Positions 19,205 through 27,764 of a stretch of DNA of 64,000 bases are shown one piece after another. The stretch spans positions 14,302 through 78,301 of the forward strand of contig JBDRSD010000039.1 of the NCBI GenBank assembly GCA_043825215.1. Reading direction: 5' to 3'. Below the pieces are notes generated by a model. That model ran no database searches. It was not told the origin of the DNA and saw only the letters and a program-made list of their open reading frames with translations. Both the position numbers and the translations under genes were made by a program. The DNA comes from Nanobdellota archaeon. Lineage in GTDB: Archaea; Nanobdellota; Nanobdellia; Woesearchaeales; JAHJEM01. How positions within the stretch are numbered: position 1 is the first letter of the stretch; each line of letters begins with the position of its first letter.

Positions 19205-20989
19205 CTAATGACCACTCTGCTGGCTTCTATGGACGTCTTTTAAAGGATGCCCGCATTTCACACAATGCGTCGCTTTCTTCCTGTTCTTCGCCTTGCAGTT
19301 CGGGCAGCGCCTCTTTCTCAAGACAATGAATGCTATGAGGAGGATGACAACCAGAATGATAAGCCCATACGTCACATAGTCAAGACCTTTCTCCCTGAAC
19401 GCGAAGCTCTTGACCTTGACCTTGACAAGCGAGATCTCCCGAGCACCATAAAACGCCTGCACAAGGACCTGCTCATTATCAAGAACATCCTCTACTGCAA
19501 GCTCGATTGCCACAGGAATCCATTTCTTTTCCCCTTTCTTCAAAAACGTCACCCCGTCAGACGCGACAGTGACTGCCTCACCATTGACGAAAAGATCGAC
19601 AAGCTCCACCTGCGTATACACGTCCACAACCCCGGTGTTCTCAATCTGCACCTCAAACTGCTTCTTCTGCCGGTTATAGACAAGATCCATTATCTCGATG
19701 TCCGTGTCATCAAGGACAGTCACCGACTCCACCCGCAGGGTCTTTTCCACAGTAAACTCCAAAGATTTCTTGCCCTCGCCGAAAATCGTCAAGACCTTGG
19801 CCTCGAGCTCGTCATTCTGGAACCGCAGGGGAGACCCGTCTGAAGACTCTGTATAGATGACAGTCTTGTATTCTCCCCCGTCGATGAAAAGAGGCTCCGG
19901 ATCTCCGATGATAATGGTGTCAGCGCCATCGGTGATAGAAATGGCCGACTTGAAATATGTGGCAAGATCAACAAGATTATGGAAGGTGACTTCAAGAGCG
20001 CTTGTCCCTTTGTTGTAGGCAACAGCATAGATGTCCAGGTTCAGGTTATAGCTTGGCATCGGAAACCGGTCAAGATCCTCGACAGGCGCGATCGATCCTG
20101 AAGGCGTCCTCGACCCTTGGGCAAACTTGACAAAGACACTGATGCCAAGCTGCCTCCTGATGATCGTCGCAGAGCCGATCAGGTCGTTTCCAATAAGCAC
20201 ACCCACATCAATGCCGCTTTTCTTAATATAGTCCCTGATCTGGTCCGGGACATTGGTCCTTCCGATGAAAATGACAGGCTCAGCGCCTGTGAGAAGGCTT
20301 GCCTCGATAAACTCGCCATTGGTCAGGATCGCCTGCTTCTTATTGACAATCTCCTGGAATTTCTTCACGATAGCGATATTGTTGTCAAAGCGGTCTCCCT
20401 CATTGATCACCTCTGGATTGTACCTGGCAAGTTCATCCTTCACGCTCCTGTCCAGCTGGCCATAGAGAAGCACCTTATCAACATCAATCCCTCCGAGAAA
20501 ATCCATCACTTGACCGATTGTCCTGTCATCAGCAAAGAGCACGTACGACCTTGAAACGACTGCATACGGGCCGACAGAAATCGCATTATACCCATAAGAC
20601 GGATCAATGATGATGAAATTCCTGATCCCTGTCAGGCGGTCTGCAAGCTCAAGATTGACATTCTGGTAGATGACCTCTGTCACGTTCTCATATCCCCTTC
20701 CCTCGAAAATCGAGCTATAGCCTGCGACAAAGGCATTCCTTCTTGAGGAGATGACCTCGACCTCGATGTCTTTACTGATGGAATAGAGAAGGATTGTGGA
20801 ATGGCGAGCGCTCGTGATGAAATTCACTGATTTTCCCTCGAGGCTTCCAAAGAGCATGATGGAATACACATCCTTCCAGTCCGCAGAATTCGAAATAAGC
20901 TTCTCTGGTTCACTTGAAACCGAAGGAAGAGTAAATACAACAAGGCACAAAATGGCCATTGATAAAAATACTGACCAACCCCTTACCAT
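19205..20989 (-). CDS. Single-pass surface protein, 594 aa, with a large extracellular domain, a C-terminal TM helix and a cytoplasmic CPxC...CxxC zinc-ribbon tail
   Basis: Signal peptide FLSMAILCLVVFTLPSVSS. C-terminus GLIILVVILLIAFIVLRKRRCPNCKAKNRKKATHCVKCGHPL. A TATA box at 21013..21020 lies about 24 bp upstream. Confidence 0.75.
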   Translation of the reverse strand: MVRGWSVFLSMAILCLVVFTLPSVSSEPEKLISNSADWKDVYSIMLFGSLEGKSVNFITSARHSTILLYSISKDIEVEVISSRRNAFVAGYSSIFEGRGYENVTEVIYQNVNLELADRLTGIRNFIIIDPSYGYNAISVGPYAVVSRSYVLFADDRTIGQVMDFLGGIDVDKVLLYGQLDRSVKDELARYNPEVINEGDRFDNNIAIVKKFQEIVNKKQAILTNGEFIEASLLTGAEPVIFIGRTNVPDQIRDYIKKSGIDVGVLIGNDLIGSATIIRRQLGISVFVKFAQGSRTPSGSIAPVEDLDRFPMPSYNLNLDIYAVAYNKGTSALEVTFHNLVDLATYFKSAISITDGADTIIIGDPEPLFIDGGEYKTVIYTESSDGSPLRFQNDELEAKVLTIFGEGKKSLEFTVEKTLRVESVTVLDDTDIEIMDLVYNRQKKQFEVQIENTGVVDVYTQVELVDLFVNGEAVTVASDGVTFLKKGEKKWIPVAIELAVEDVLDNEQVLVQAFYGAREISLVKVKVKSFAFREKGLDYVTYGLIILVVILLIAFIVLRKRRCPNCKAKNRKKATHCVKCGHPLKDVHRSQQSGH

Positions 20990-21012
20990 GGCCTAAAAAA
21001 GGAATCAGGGCG

Positions 21013-21020
21013 TATATAAA
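21013..21020 (-). promoter_or_regulatory. TATA box (TTTATATA on the minus strand) about 24 bp upstream of the ATG of the 594-aa gene (leaderless)
   Basis: gggcgtatataaatcttg, with the adjacent CGTAT core. Confidence 0.5.
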
Positions 21021-21132
21021 TCTTGCGGTCAATACTTGCTCAATAACCCAGACGGATACTGACCAAAGCTTCATACGTGTCCCGCTCCACCAATGCCAAG
21101 TATTCTTCAGTTTCCATGAGTTTCACCTCTGT

Positions 21133-22044
21133 TTATGGATTTCCGCCCAATTGCCCTTCAATCACGATCGTGCCATTGCAGACACCGAAGGGATTCGGCG
21201 GGATGTATGTCTTCACATACGTTGTATTGATAGACAATTCATCAGTCATCTGCTTAGGCACAGTTATATTCTGAACAACCCGAGGACCACTCGTCATCGC
21301 AACCATGGTATCATAGCTGATGTTGCCAAGAGATGTCCACCGCACATTGCCAATAGAGATGTTTGTCCCTATCGGACAGACAAAGGCAAGGCCACCGCCT
21401 GATGCATTGCTGTTTCCCCCATAGCCATAGATGGTCAGGTTCAAGGGCTGGTTGCCCCAGTTCGTCACGTTGATCTCGCTGACATCTGACGTGTCAAAGA
21501 CCGAGAGGTTGCCAAAATCGACTGCGTCTGTCACGTTGACTGCGTAGAGGGGATAGATCGTGCTGAAATTGGTCCCATTCTGGGTGTAGTTCAGCGTGCT
21601 GTTGACAAAGACCGTGCAGTTCCAACTCCCGTTGTACGCGTAATAGGTCACGTTGAAATCGCAGTAGTACGCAAAATTGTTCGCATCGATCGAATAATTG
21701 TAGCTGCAATTGGTGTTCTTGTAGACCGTGTTGTTTTCAGCATCAGCAAAAACGCTCGTGTTCGACCTGTGGAATGTCGCGTTGACCTTGTCGATGTCGC
21801 TCAGGCCGGAATAGTCAGTGATTGTCACATTGCAGACCACATTCAAGTCCGTTCCCTCAGATAGGTTGATCGGCCCTCCCTGGTTGATAACGATATTTGC
21901 GACTGTCGCCGCAGACTGGGTGATGTTCACCTGGGTCGAGACTGTCGTCTGGTCATAGCTTACGGCAACGCCAACAAGCCCTATCATCAGAAGAGATGTT
22001 GCTGCTATCAACAGTGCCAGTATCTTATTGTTTGCCATTTTCAT
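21133..22044 (-). CDS. N-anchored extracellular protein, 303 aa, paralog of 10572..11510
   Basis: MKMANNKILALLIAATSLLMIGLVGVAV. Blocks VNITQS..INQGGPINLSEGT..CNVTITDYSGLSDIDKVNATFHRSN...YVKTYIPPNPFGVCNGTIV. The start abuts the stop of the next gene at 22044/22045. Confidence 0.75.
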   Translation of the reverse strand: MKMANNKILALLIAATSLLMIGLVGVAVSYDQTTVSTQVNITQSAATVANIVINQGGPINLSEGTDLNVVCNVTITDYSGLSDIDKVNATFHRSNTSVFADAENNTVYKNTNCSYNYSIDANNFAYYCDFNVTYYAYNGSWNCTVFVNSTLNYTQNGTNFSTIYPLYAVNVTDAVDFGNLSVFDTSDVSEINVTNWGNQPLNLTIYGYGGNSNASGGGLAFVCPIGTNISIGNVRWTSLGNISYDTMVAMTSGPRVVQNITVPKQMTDELSINTTYVKTYIPPNPFGVCNGTIVIEGQLGGNP

Positions 22045-22779
22045 TCACTTAATCTCTGCGTAAAAGTAATACGCGTTCGTTGTTGTGCTTGACCCGTTCT
22101 CAGGGACTATCATCTGGAAATCATACGTCGTGTTGTCAAAGCCGTATGCATTGTTCTCGATAAGGGCCGCAAAGACCATGTTGCCTCCGTCAGAGAGGAC
22201 AACCTCCTGGAAATCAGAGGCGGTCGCAGTCGCCTGGCGGGTGTCGTTGACAAACAGGAAGGTCGAATTACAGGTGTTCGCCGTGATCGTCACCGCACCC
22301 ACCTTGATCTGAGTATGCACAGTCGCATTGAACGAGCGGTTGATGTTGTCGACCTGTGTCGCGCTGTAGCCGAAGTAATTGTTCTCGCTCTCCATATGCG
22401 CCTCATTGGCGCAGACAATCCCTGGCCAGTTGATGGTGCTGTTCCTCGACGCATAGACCTCTCCGCCGGTGACGGTGAGTTCCCAATTGTATATCGTCCT
22501 GTTCTGCGCGTCATCCAAGGTGAAGCTTCCTGTCACGTTCCCGAGGTATGCCTTCCAGTTCTGGTTCTGGGAGAGCGTGTCCATGTTGGTTACATAGATA
22601 TACCCTCCAGAATCGTTCCTTGATCCGGCTGCGGTCCCATTGCTTGAGCCGTTGTACTGAAAAGAGACAGCAACACCGGACGGCAGTGCAGCTATCTCCC
22701 GTAGGACAAGCCCTGCAACCCCTAAAAACAGGACGAGGGTTACCAATCCGATGTATGCGTTTCTTTTCATGTTAGTCAC
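22045..22779 (-). CDS. Secreted ~240-aa protein, member 1 of a five-gene paralogous family
   Basis: Signal peptide with AALPSG cleavage region. Family motifs WKAYLGNVTG, TIYNWE, GEVYASR, DFQMIVPENG. C-terminus YYFYAEIK. Confidence 0.75.
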   Translation of the reverse strand: MTNMKRNAYIGLVTLVLFLGVAGLVLREIAALPSGVAVSFQYNGSSNGTAAGSRNDSGGYIYVTNMDTLSQNQNWKAYLGNVTGSFTLDDAQNRTIYNWELTVTGGEVYASRNSTINWPGIVCANEAHMESENNYFGYSATQVDNINRSFNATVHTQIKVGAVTITANTCNSTFLFVNDTRQATATASDFQEVVLSDGGNMVFAALIENNAYGFDNTTYDFQMIVPENGSSTTTNAYYFYAEIK

Positions 22780-22798
22780 CTTTTCAATAGTGTTCGTC

Positions 22799-23545
22799 TT
22801 ATCCGAGCTCCACCCAGAAGTAATACTGGGTCAGCGTGTTCTCCTCAGCCAATGTGTGCCCATCCTCAGGGACAAGCATCTGGAAGTCATGGGCCTCGCC
22901 ATCAAATCCTGTTGCCGTGTCGTTAATGACCGACACATAGACTATATCATGGTTGATATCATTCAAAATCACTTCAGCATACACATAAGGTGCTGATTGA
23001 GCTGCTCCACTCACATAGGTATAAGTCGTATAGCAGGTGTCTGCCTCTGTGATGTTCGCATTGCCCACATAGAACTGCGGGTGCGGATTTGCAGTTGAGA
23101 ATGTCGCTGAGATGTTGTCTGCGTCAGTCTCTTCCATGCCCATCGCGACCTCTTCCTCAAGGATCTTTGATGCATTCGAGCAGTTGACCCAATTGAAATT
23201 GACCGTGTTGACACGGGCTGCATAAACCTCTCCCTGGGTTGATCCTATACCCCACTTGTACAGCTGCTGGCCATTGGAATCTTCCAATGTGATGTTTCCG
23301 GTCACATTACCGTAGAAGCCCTGCCAGGCCTTGGTTATCTGGGTCCCGTTGATCTCGAGTTCAGATATGTTTCCTGCCTGCGCATACACGCTTCCGATGC
23401 TTCCACCAGACAGGTTTCCCCGTGTTGAGTTGAGCACGCCAACTTCTGCCCCTTCCGGGTTTGCGAGCGCCATTCTCACGCTTGCAAGGGCTATTGCTAG
23501 TGTCAATCCCACAAAAAGGATTGCGTATATTCTCTCTTTTTTCAT
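22799..23545 (-). CDS. Secreted ~248-aa protein, family member 2
   Basis: MKKERIYAILFVGLTLAIALASVRMALA. Motifs WQGFYGNVTG, GEVYAARV, DFQMLVPEDG. C-terminus YYFWVELG. ATGA overlap with the upstream HTH gene. Confidence 0.75.
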   Translation of the reverse strand: MKKERIYAILFVGLTLAIALASVRMALANPEGAEVGVLNSTRGNLSGGSIGSVYAQAGNISELEINGTQITKAWQGFYGNVTGNITLEDSNGQQLYKWGIGSTQGEVYAARVNTVNFNWVNCSNASKILEEEVAMGMEETDADNISATFSTANPHPQFYVGNANITEADTCYTTYTYVSGAAQSAPYVYAEVILNDINHDIVYVSVINDTATGFDGEAHDFQMLVPEDGHTLAEENTLTQYYFWVELG

Positions 23546-24144
23546 AAAACCACCTCTCCTTCATTTTTTTTTAGATGCGAAGGATCGTAAAGAACGAAAA
23601 AGTCCCCTTTCATGCGGCTTTGTGCATCATGAGCTGAGACAAACTGGCACTTGAATGATTTTTTCTGGACACTTGCTGCAAGATGTTTTTTCTTCACGCG
23701 GTCATCATCCGACACTATATAGAGAGTCTGGTTTGAGAAATCCGCATACAGTGCCTTGATCCTGTCCAGATCATCTTCAAAGGACATGAACATCCGAAAC
23801 AGCTGGTCAGACTTTGCTTCATCATCGAGAAGCAGGATCTTTATGACTGCAGATCTTTTTGCGTTCAGGGTGATCTGCTTTTTCTCTGCATGGTGGGGCT
23901 CAAGAAGAATGATCATTGCCGTGCTCTTGACAAGGGAATAGACAAGCCTTGGCTGGCCGCGATCCCGATTCGGCACCCGAACGCTTGCGACAAGACCTGC
24001 CATTTCAAGGAGGCGTAGCTGCTGGCTCACATTTGCGACAGAAGTCTTTGCGATCTTCGCGATCTGGATAGGGGACTTGCCTTCCTTACTCAGTATGGAC
24101 AGGATGTCCCATTTTGTTGCTGTAAAGAGCATCTCTTGATTCAT
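23542..24144 (-). CDS. Winged-HTH transcription regulator (TrmB/ArsR-like N-terminal domain), 200 aa
   Basis: SPIQIAKIAKTSVANVSQQLRLLEMAGLVASVRVPNRDRGQPRLVYSL. Confidence 0.65.
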   Translation of the reverse strand: MNQEMLFTATKWDILSILSKEGKSPIQIAKIAKTSVANVSQQLRLLEMAGLVASVRVPNRDRGQPRLVYSLVKSTAMIILLEPHHAEKKQITLNAKRSAVIKILLLDDEAKSDQLFRMFMSFEDDLDRIKALYADFSNQTLYIVSDDDRVKKKHLAASVQKKSFKCQFVSAHDAQSRMKGDFFVLYDPSHLKKNEGEVVL

Positions 24145-24473
24145 GCATGTACATTCGCGTGTTTCAGATTAGCGTTTCCGCCTATCACATACACACGAAC
24201 CCTCCCGACACTTTTTCACGATTGGCGCACGCGATGTTAGCCGGCACCGCATGCGCCGCTAGTATACACTTTTGTATGTTACTCTATCCCATGACAGTAC
24301 TTCTATTTAAATGTTTCGTTTTCTACTGTACCACTGTGTTAATGTACCACCACACTATTAATTGCACAATCTTACATTATTTTTGTAATTTTATAATTTA
24401 GTAACTAATTAAATTATGAGATTGAAGGCCTCAAGCGCCATAACTCAAGAATTCGTCGCAAATCATATGGCAC

Positions 24474-25193
24474 CTAACCAATCTCTGCAAAGAAATAATA
24501 GGTTGTCGGGCTTGACGCAAACTCATCATTGGCAAGAATCAGCTGGAAGTCATAGAGCTGGTTGTTGAAGCCATACTTATTGTTCTCAATGATTGTCGCG
24601 TAGAACAGGGAAGAGGTATCTGTCAGGAGGATCTCCTGGAAGAGCGCAGTCGGACCTGCTGCCTGACGCGTATCATTGACATAGGTTGCAATGGCAAAAC
24701 AATCGTTCTGAGGAATCGACACTGTCCCGACATAGAATGCCTTATGGAATGACGCATTGAAGGTGTTGTTCAGGCTGTCTGCGCTATCCGCATTCATATT
24801 GATTGCCGTCATCTCGCCAGACATGTCTGCTGCATCAGCACACTCTGTGAGCGCCCAATTGAGGGTTCCCGCTCGGGACGCAAATATCTCTCCTGTCACA
24901 ATCGACGGGGTCCAATCATAGATGGTGTTGTTCACAGCATCATTCAGCGTCATGATCCCGGTGACATTACCCACGTACGCCTTCCACCGCAGGGATTGCG
25001 CAGTGATATTGAGCGACATCGTCGTAAATGAACCTCCTGCTGTCGTCAATTCTGCTGCTGACTGCGGCGTGTAATTAAGGGTCTGATTATAGATGAAGTC
25101 GACACCGCTCGGAAGCGCGCTTGCCCAGGCAGACAGGGCAAGGACCATCAGGAGGGCAAGAATTCCCCATCCGGCCTGTTTCTCCTTATACAT
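24474..25193 (-). CDS. Secreted protein, family member 3. The start is refined to the internal ATG at 25193; the track ORF runs to 25283.
   Basis: MYKEKQAGWGILALLMVLALSAWASALPSG. Motifs WKAYVGNVTG, TIYDW, GEIFASR, DFQLILAND. C-terminus YYFFAEIG. The refined start removes the overlap with the upstream regulator. Confidence 0.7.
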   Translation of the reverse strand: MYKEKQAGWGILALLMVLALSAWASALPSGVDFIYNQTLNYTPQSAAELTTAGGSFTTMSLNITAQSLRWKAYVGNVTGIMTLNDAVNNTIYDWTPSIVTGEIFASRAGTLNWALTECADAADMSGEMTAINMNADSADSLNNTFNASFHKAFYVGTVSIPQNDCFAIATYVNDTRQAAGPTALFQEILLTDTSSLFYATIIENNKYGFNNQLYDFQLILANDEFASSPTTYYFFAEIG

Positions 25194-25701
25194 GTTCCCT
25201 CCCTTCAAGCTTTTTCTGCGCGCGATGATATGATGTCCAGACAGTCCTTTGGTCCTTCCTGAGGAGGGATCCCATCTCTGCATAGGAGAACCCTGCGCCC
25301 TTCAGGAAGACACAAATCGCCTCAAGAGGGCCGAGCAGACGATCTGAGAAGACAGACAAGGGAACATTCACGGCAGAGGATGCAGGGATGCCAGTTGCCC
25401 CTTGAGGAAGCTTTCTGTAGCTTGTCCAGACAGCAGCATAGCTTCTCTTGAGATGGAGCGCAATCTCATCAAACGACAGGCGCCCCACATCATGGAGATA
25501 AGCGACAAGCACCCGCAGGATGCTTGCATCAGTGAAGAAGACAGAAAGCGGGACAGACAACTCAGCCGTTTTCAGGGTGTGAGAATATCTCTGCTCATTC
25601 TGCATGGGCAATGCTATTGCGACATAGTTCTCTTCTTTTTCCTGCAGCGCCCCATCTCGCCAACTCTCAGTTGCAGTGTCATTTCGATACGTCGAATCCA
25701 C
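25186..25701 (-). CDS. Regulator with an internally duplicated HTH (sigma-70 region-4/LuxR-like), 171 aa
   Basis: Two repeats: LSVFFTDASILRVLVAYLHDVGRLSFDEIALHLKRSYAAVWTSYRKL and LSVFSDRLLGPLEAICVFLKGAGFSYAEMGSLLRKDQRTVWTSYHRAQKKL. Confidence 0.55.
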   Translation of the reverse strand: MDSTYRNDTATESWRDGALQEKEENYVAIALPMQNEQRYSHTLKTAELSVPLSVFFTDASILRVLVAYLHDVGRLSFDEIALHLKRSYAAVWTSYRKLPQGATGIPASSAVNVPLSVFSDRLLGPLEAICVFLKGAGFSYAEMGSLLRKDQRTVWTSYHRAQKKLEGREHV

Positions 25702-25705
25702 GTAA

Positions 25706-25776
25706 TTCGTATTATGTAAGTATCTGATTTAAAAAGTTTGGCTTTTTCCAAGTTATTTTTCGTATTATGTAAGTAT
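25706..25776 (+). promoter_or_regulatory. Perfect 18-bp direct repeat TTCGTATTATGTAAGTAT (25706..25723 and 25759..25776) flanking a TTTAAAAA TATA-like element
   Basis: Read from the sequence. It begins 5 bp upstream of the regulator start codon at 25701. Confidence 0.55.
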
Positions 25777-26002
25777 TTCATCACACAATAACCACATTAT
25801 TTAATTTATTACTAAAATATTGAAGTATTAAAACATTTAAACATAGAAACAATGAAGTACAGAAATACAAGAAAACAGAAATACAATAATCAATTATGTT
25901 CTACATGATTTCCTTCTGTCGTCGGAATAGGAGGCAAGCGTGTCCAGAACACCTGGAAACAAAGGAGTAAAAAGGGTCTACAAAAGTGAAAAAGCCTTTC
26001 CT

Positions 26003-26761
26003 TCAGATCTCCACATAGAAATAATAGGTGGTCGGGGTTGCGAGGGTCTTGTTCTCCGGGAGGATGAGCTGGAAGTCGCTCGTCACATTGTCTGTCGAAT
26101 TCGTCTGGTAATTGAATTGGTCCTGCTCGATGAAGGTCGCATAGATGAGGCTGAAATGCGCATCCATGAGGAGGAGCTCCTGGAATACACTGTTAACGCT
26201 CACAGTCTGCTTTGTGTCATTGACATAGGTCGAGGTCATCCTGCAGGTGCTCTCGTTTATTGTGGACGTCGCGACCTGCATGGGCTTATGCGTCGACTCA
26301 TTGAACGTGCTGTTGATGCTGTCAGGAGCAGAATCGACCATACCGAAAAAGGTGGTCTCATTGTCCCTCACGGAGCTATTTGAGCAGTTGATCCACGTCC
26401 AGTCTATCGAGTTGTTCCTTGTCGCGTAGATCTCTCCTGTGAGTTCAGACGCATTCACCGACCAGTCATAGATCGTCCTGCCTTCTGTATCATCCAATGT
26501 GAAGAGGCCTGTCACGTTCCCGATGTATGCCTTCCACGCATAGTTCTGCTGGGTAGCAGATATGGAACCATAATAGAGATAGCCGCCGGCATTCGCAAGG
26601 GAATACGGGGTTGAACTGATGGTCGAGTTATCGGTGACGCTTATCGTCGGGCCGACAGGAAGCGCACTGACAGATGCCCAGGTGATCAGAGAAACCCCAA
26701 TGACCATCAGGAGCCATATCGCCTGTACACTCTTGGCCTGTGTGCGTTTCATTGGCATCAT
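26003..26761 (-). CDS. Secreted protein, family member 4 (252 aa)
   Basis: AIWLLMVIGVSLITWASVSALPVG. Motifs WKAYIGNVTG, TIYDWS, GEIYATR, DFQLILPEN. C-terminus YYFYVEI. Confidence 0.75.
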   Translation of the reverse strand: MMPMKRTQAKSVQAIWLLMVIGVSLITWASVSALPVGPTISVTDNSTISSTPYSLANAGGYLYYGSISATQQNYAWKAYIGNVTGLFTLDDTEGRTIYDWSVNASELTGEIYATRNNSIDWTWINCSNSSVRDNETTFFGMVDSAPDSINSTFNESTHKPMQVATSTINESTCRMTSTYVNDTKQTVSVNSVFQELLLMDAHFSLIYATFIEQDQFNYQTNSTDNVTSDFQLILPENKTLATPTTYYFYVEI

Positions 26762-26819
26762 CGCGTTGTTGGTTAAAGGACAGACCCGGGCAATTGCCCA
26801 GAATCTGCTGTATTAATGT

Positions 26820-27704
26820 TTACTCAATCTCTACCCAGAAGTAATAGTTGGTCTGGGTGTCTTCTGTTGCTTCTGTATGACCATCTTCCATGACTAGCAT
26901 CTGGAAGTCATAGGGAGTTCCGTCAAAGCCGATAGGGTCTGATGCGTTGTTTTCGTCATTCTCGATGAACGTGACAAAGACAAGCGCATTGCTGCCACCG
27001 TCGCTTACGCTTCCGTCAGTCAGGAGGACTTCTGTGAAATCCTTTGCCTGGGAGACATTGCCTATGTATGTCCAGGTTGTCGGGCAGGTCTGTTCATGGA
27101 TCGTCACTGTTCCGACATTGAACCTTGTGTGGTTGGTCCAGTTGAAGGTCACGTTGATCGTGTCTGGATCAGTATTCAGGAGACCGAACCTGGCATTCTC
27201 TGTGCTTGCATTGATATCAGATCCAACATAGGTTCCGTTACCAACATCTGCATCCGGATCTCCAGCAGTGAAATTGAAGCAGCGGATCTGACCCCACGCA
27301 ACTGAGGAGTTTGTCGACGTGTAGATCTTTCCCTGGGGCTCTGCATCGTTCCAATTGTAGAGCGTGTTGTTCTGGGCATCCTGCAAGATGAGCTGGCCGC
27401 TGATGTTCCCATAGTAGCCCTGCCAGGATTTTGTGACGGATGTCGCGTTCAACACGAGCTCAGTCACGTTGCCTGCTTCGGCAGGAGTTGACTTGGGACT
27501 ATACGATGTGTTCAAGAGGCGCTCACTTCTTCCAACAGTGAGGGTGTGCACACCGATAGGCTCTGTCGGCTCTGCAAAGCTGAATCGCAGCACAAAACTG
27601 AGAGCCAATATTGTCAATACCACAAAACTGATGTTTTTTATCAGGTTTCGTCGAATCATTTTGATTTCACCTTTTCCACGATCCCGTCCGATAAACGAGA
27701 CCAT
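26820..27704 (-). CDS. Secreted protein, family member 5 (294 aa). An alternative start is at 27659.
   Basis: MIRRNLIKNISFVVLTILALSFVLRFSFA. Motifs WQGYYGNISG, TLYNWN, GKIYTST, DFQMLVMEDG. C-terminus YYFWVEIE. Confidence 0.75.
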   Translation of the reverse strand: MVSFIGRDRGKGEIKMIRRNLIKNISFVVLTILALSFVLRFSFAEPTEPIGVHTLTVGRSERLLNTSYSPKSTPAEAGNVTELVLNATSVTKSWQGYYGNISGQLILQDAQNNTLYNWNDAEPQGKIYTSTNSSVAWGQIRCFNFTAGDPDADVGNGTYVGSDINASTENARFGLLNTDPDTINVTFNWTNHTRFNVGTVTIHEQTCPTTWTYIGNVSQAKDFTEVLLTDGSVSDGGSNALVFVTFIENDENNASDPIGFDGTPYDFQMLVMEDGHTEATEDTQTNYYFWVEIE

Positions 27705-27725
27705 TATACTAAATTAATATATTAA

Positions 27726-27764
27726 TTCGTATACTCATATATAAATATTTCGGTTTCGTATAGT
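27726..27764 (+). promoter_or_regulatory. TTCGTATAC - TATATAAATATTT - TTTCGTATAG: two motif copies flanking a TATA box upstream of family member 5
   Basis: Same architecture as the recombinase promoter and the tandem-HTH regulator promoter. Confidence 0.5.

Noticed and set aside
25193-25283. Apparent 98-nt overlap between the 269-aa ORF and the 171-aa regulator gene
   Set aside because: The N-terminal 30 aa of the track ORF (MQRWDPSSGRTKGLSGHHIIARRKSLKGGN) precede an obvious signal peptide that starts at the internal Met (MYKEKQAGWGILALLMVLALSAWASA). Using the ATG at 25193 removes the overlap.
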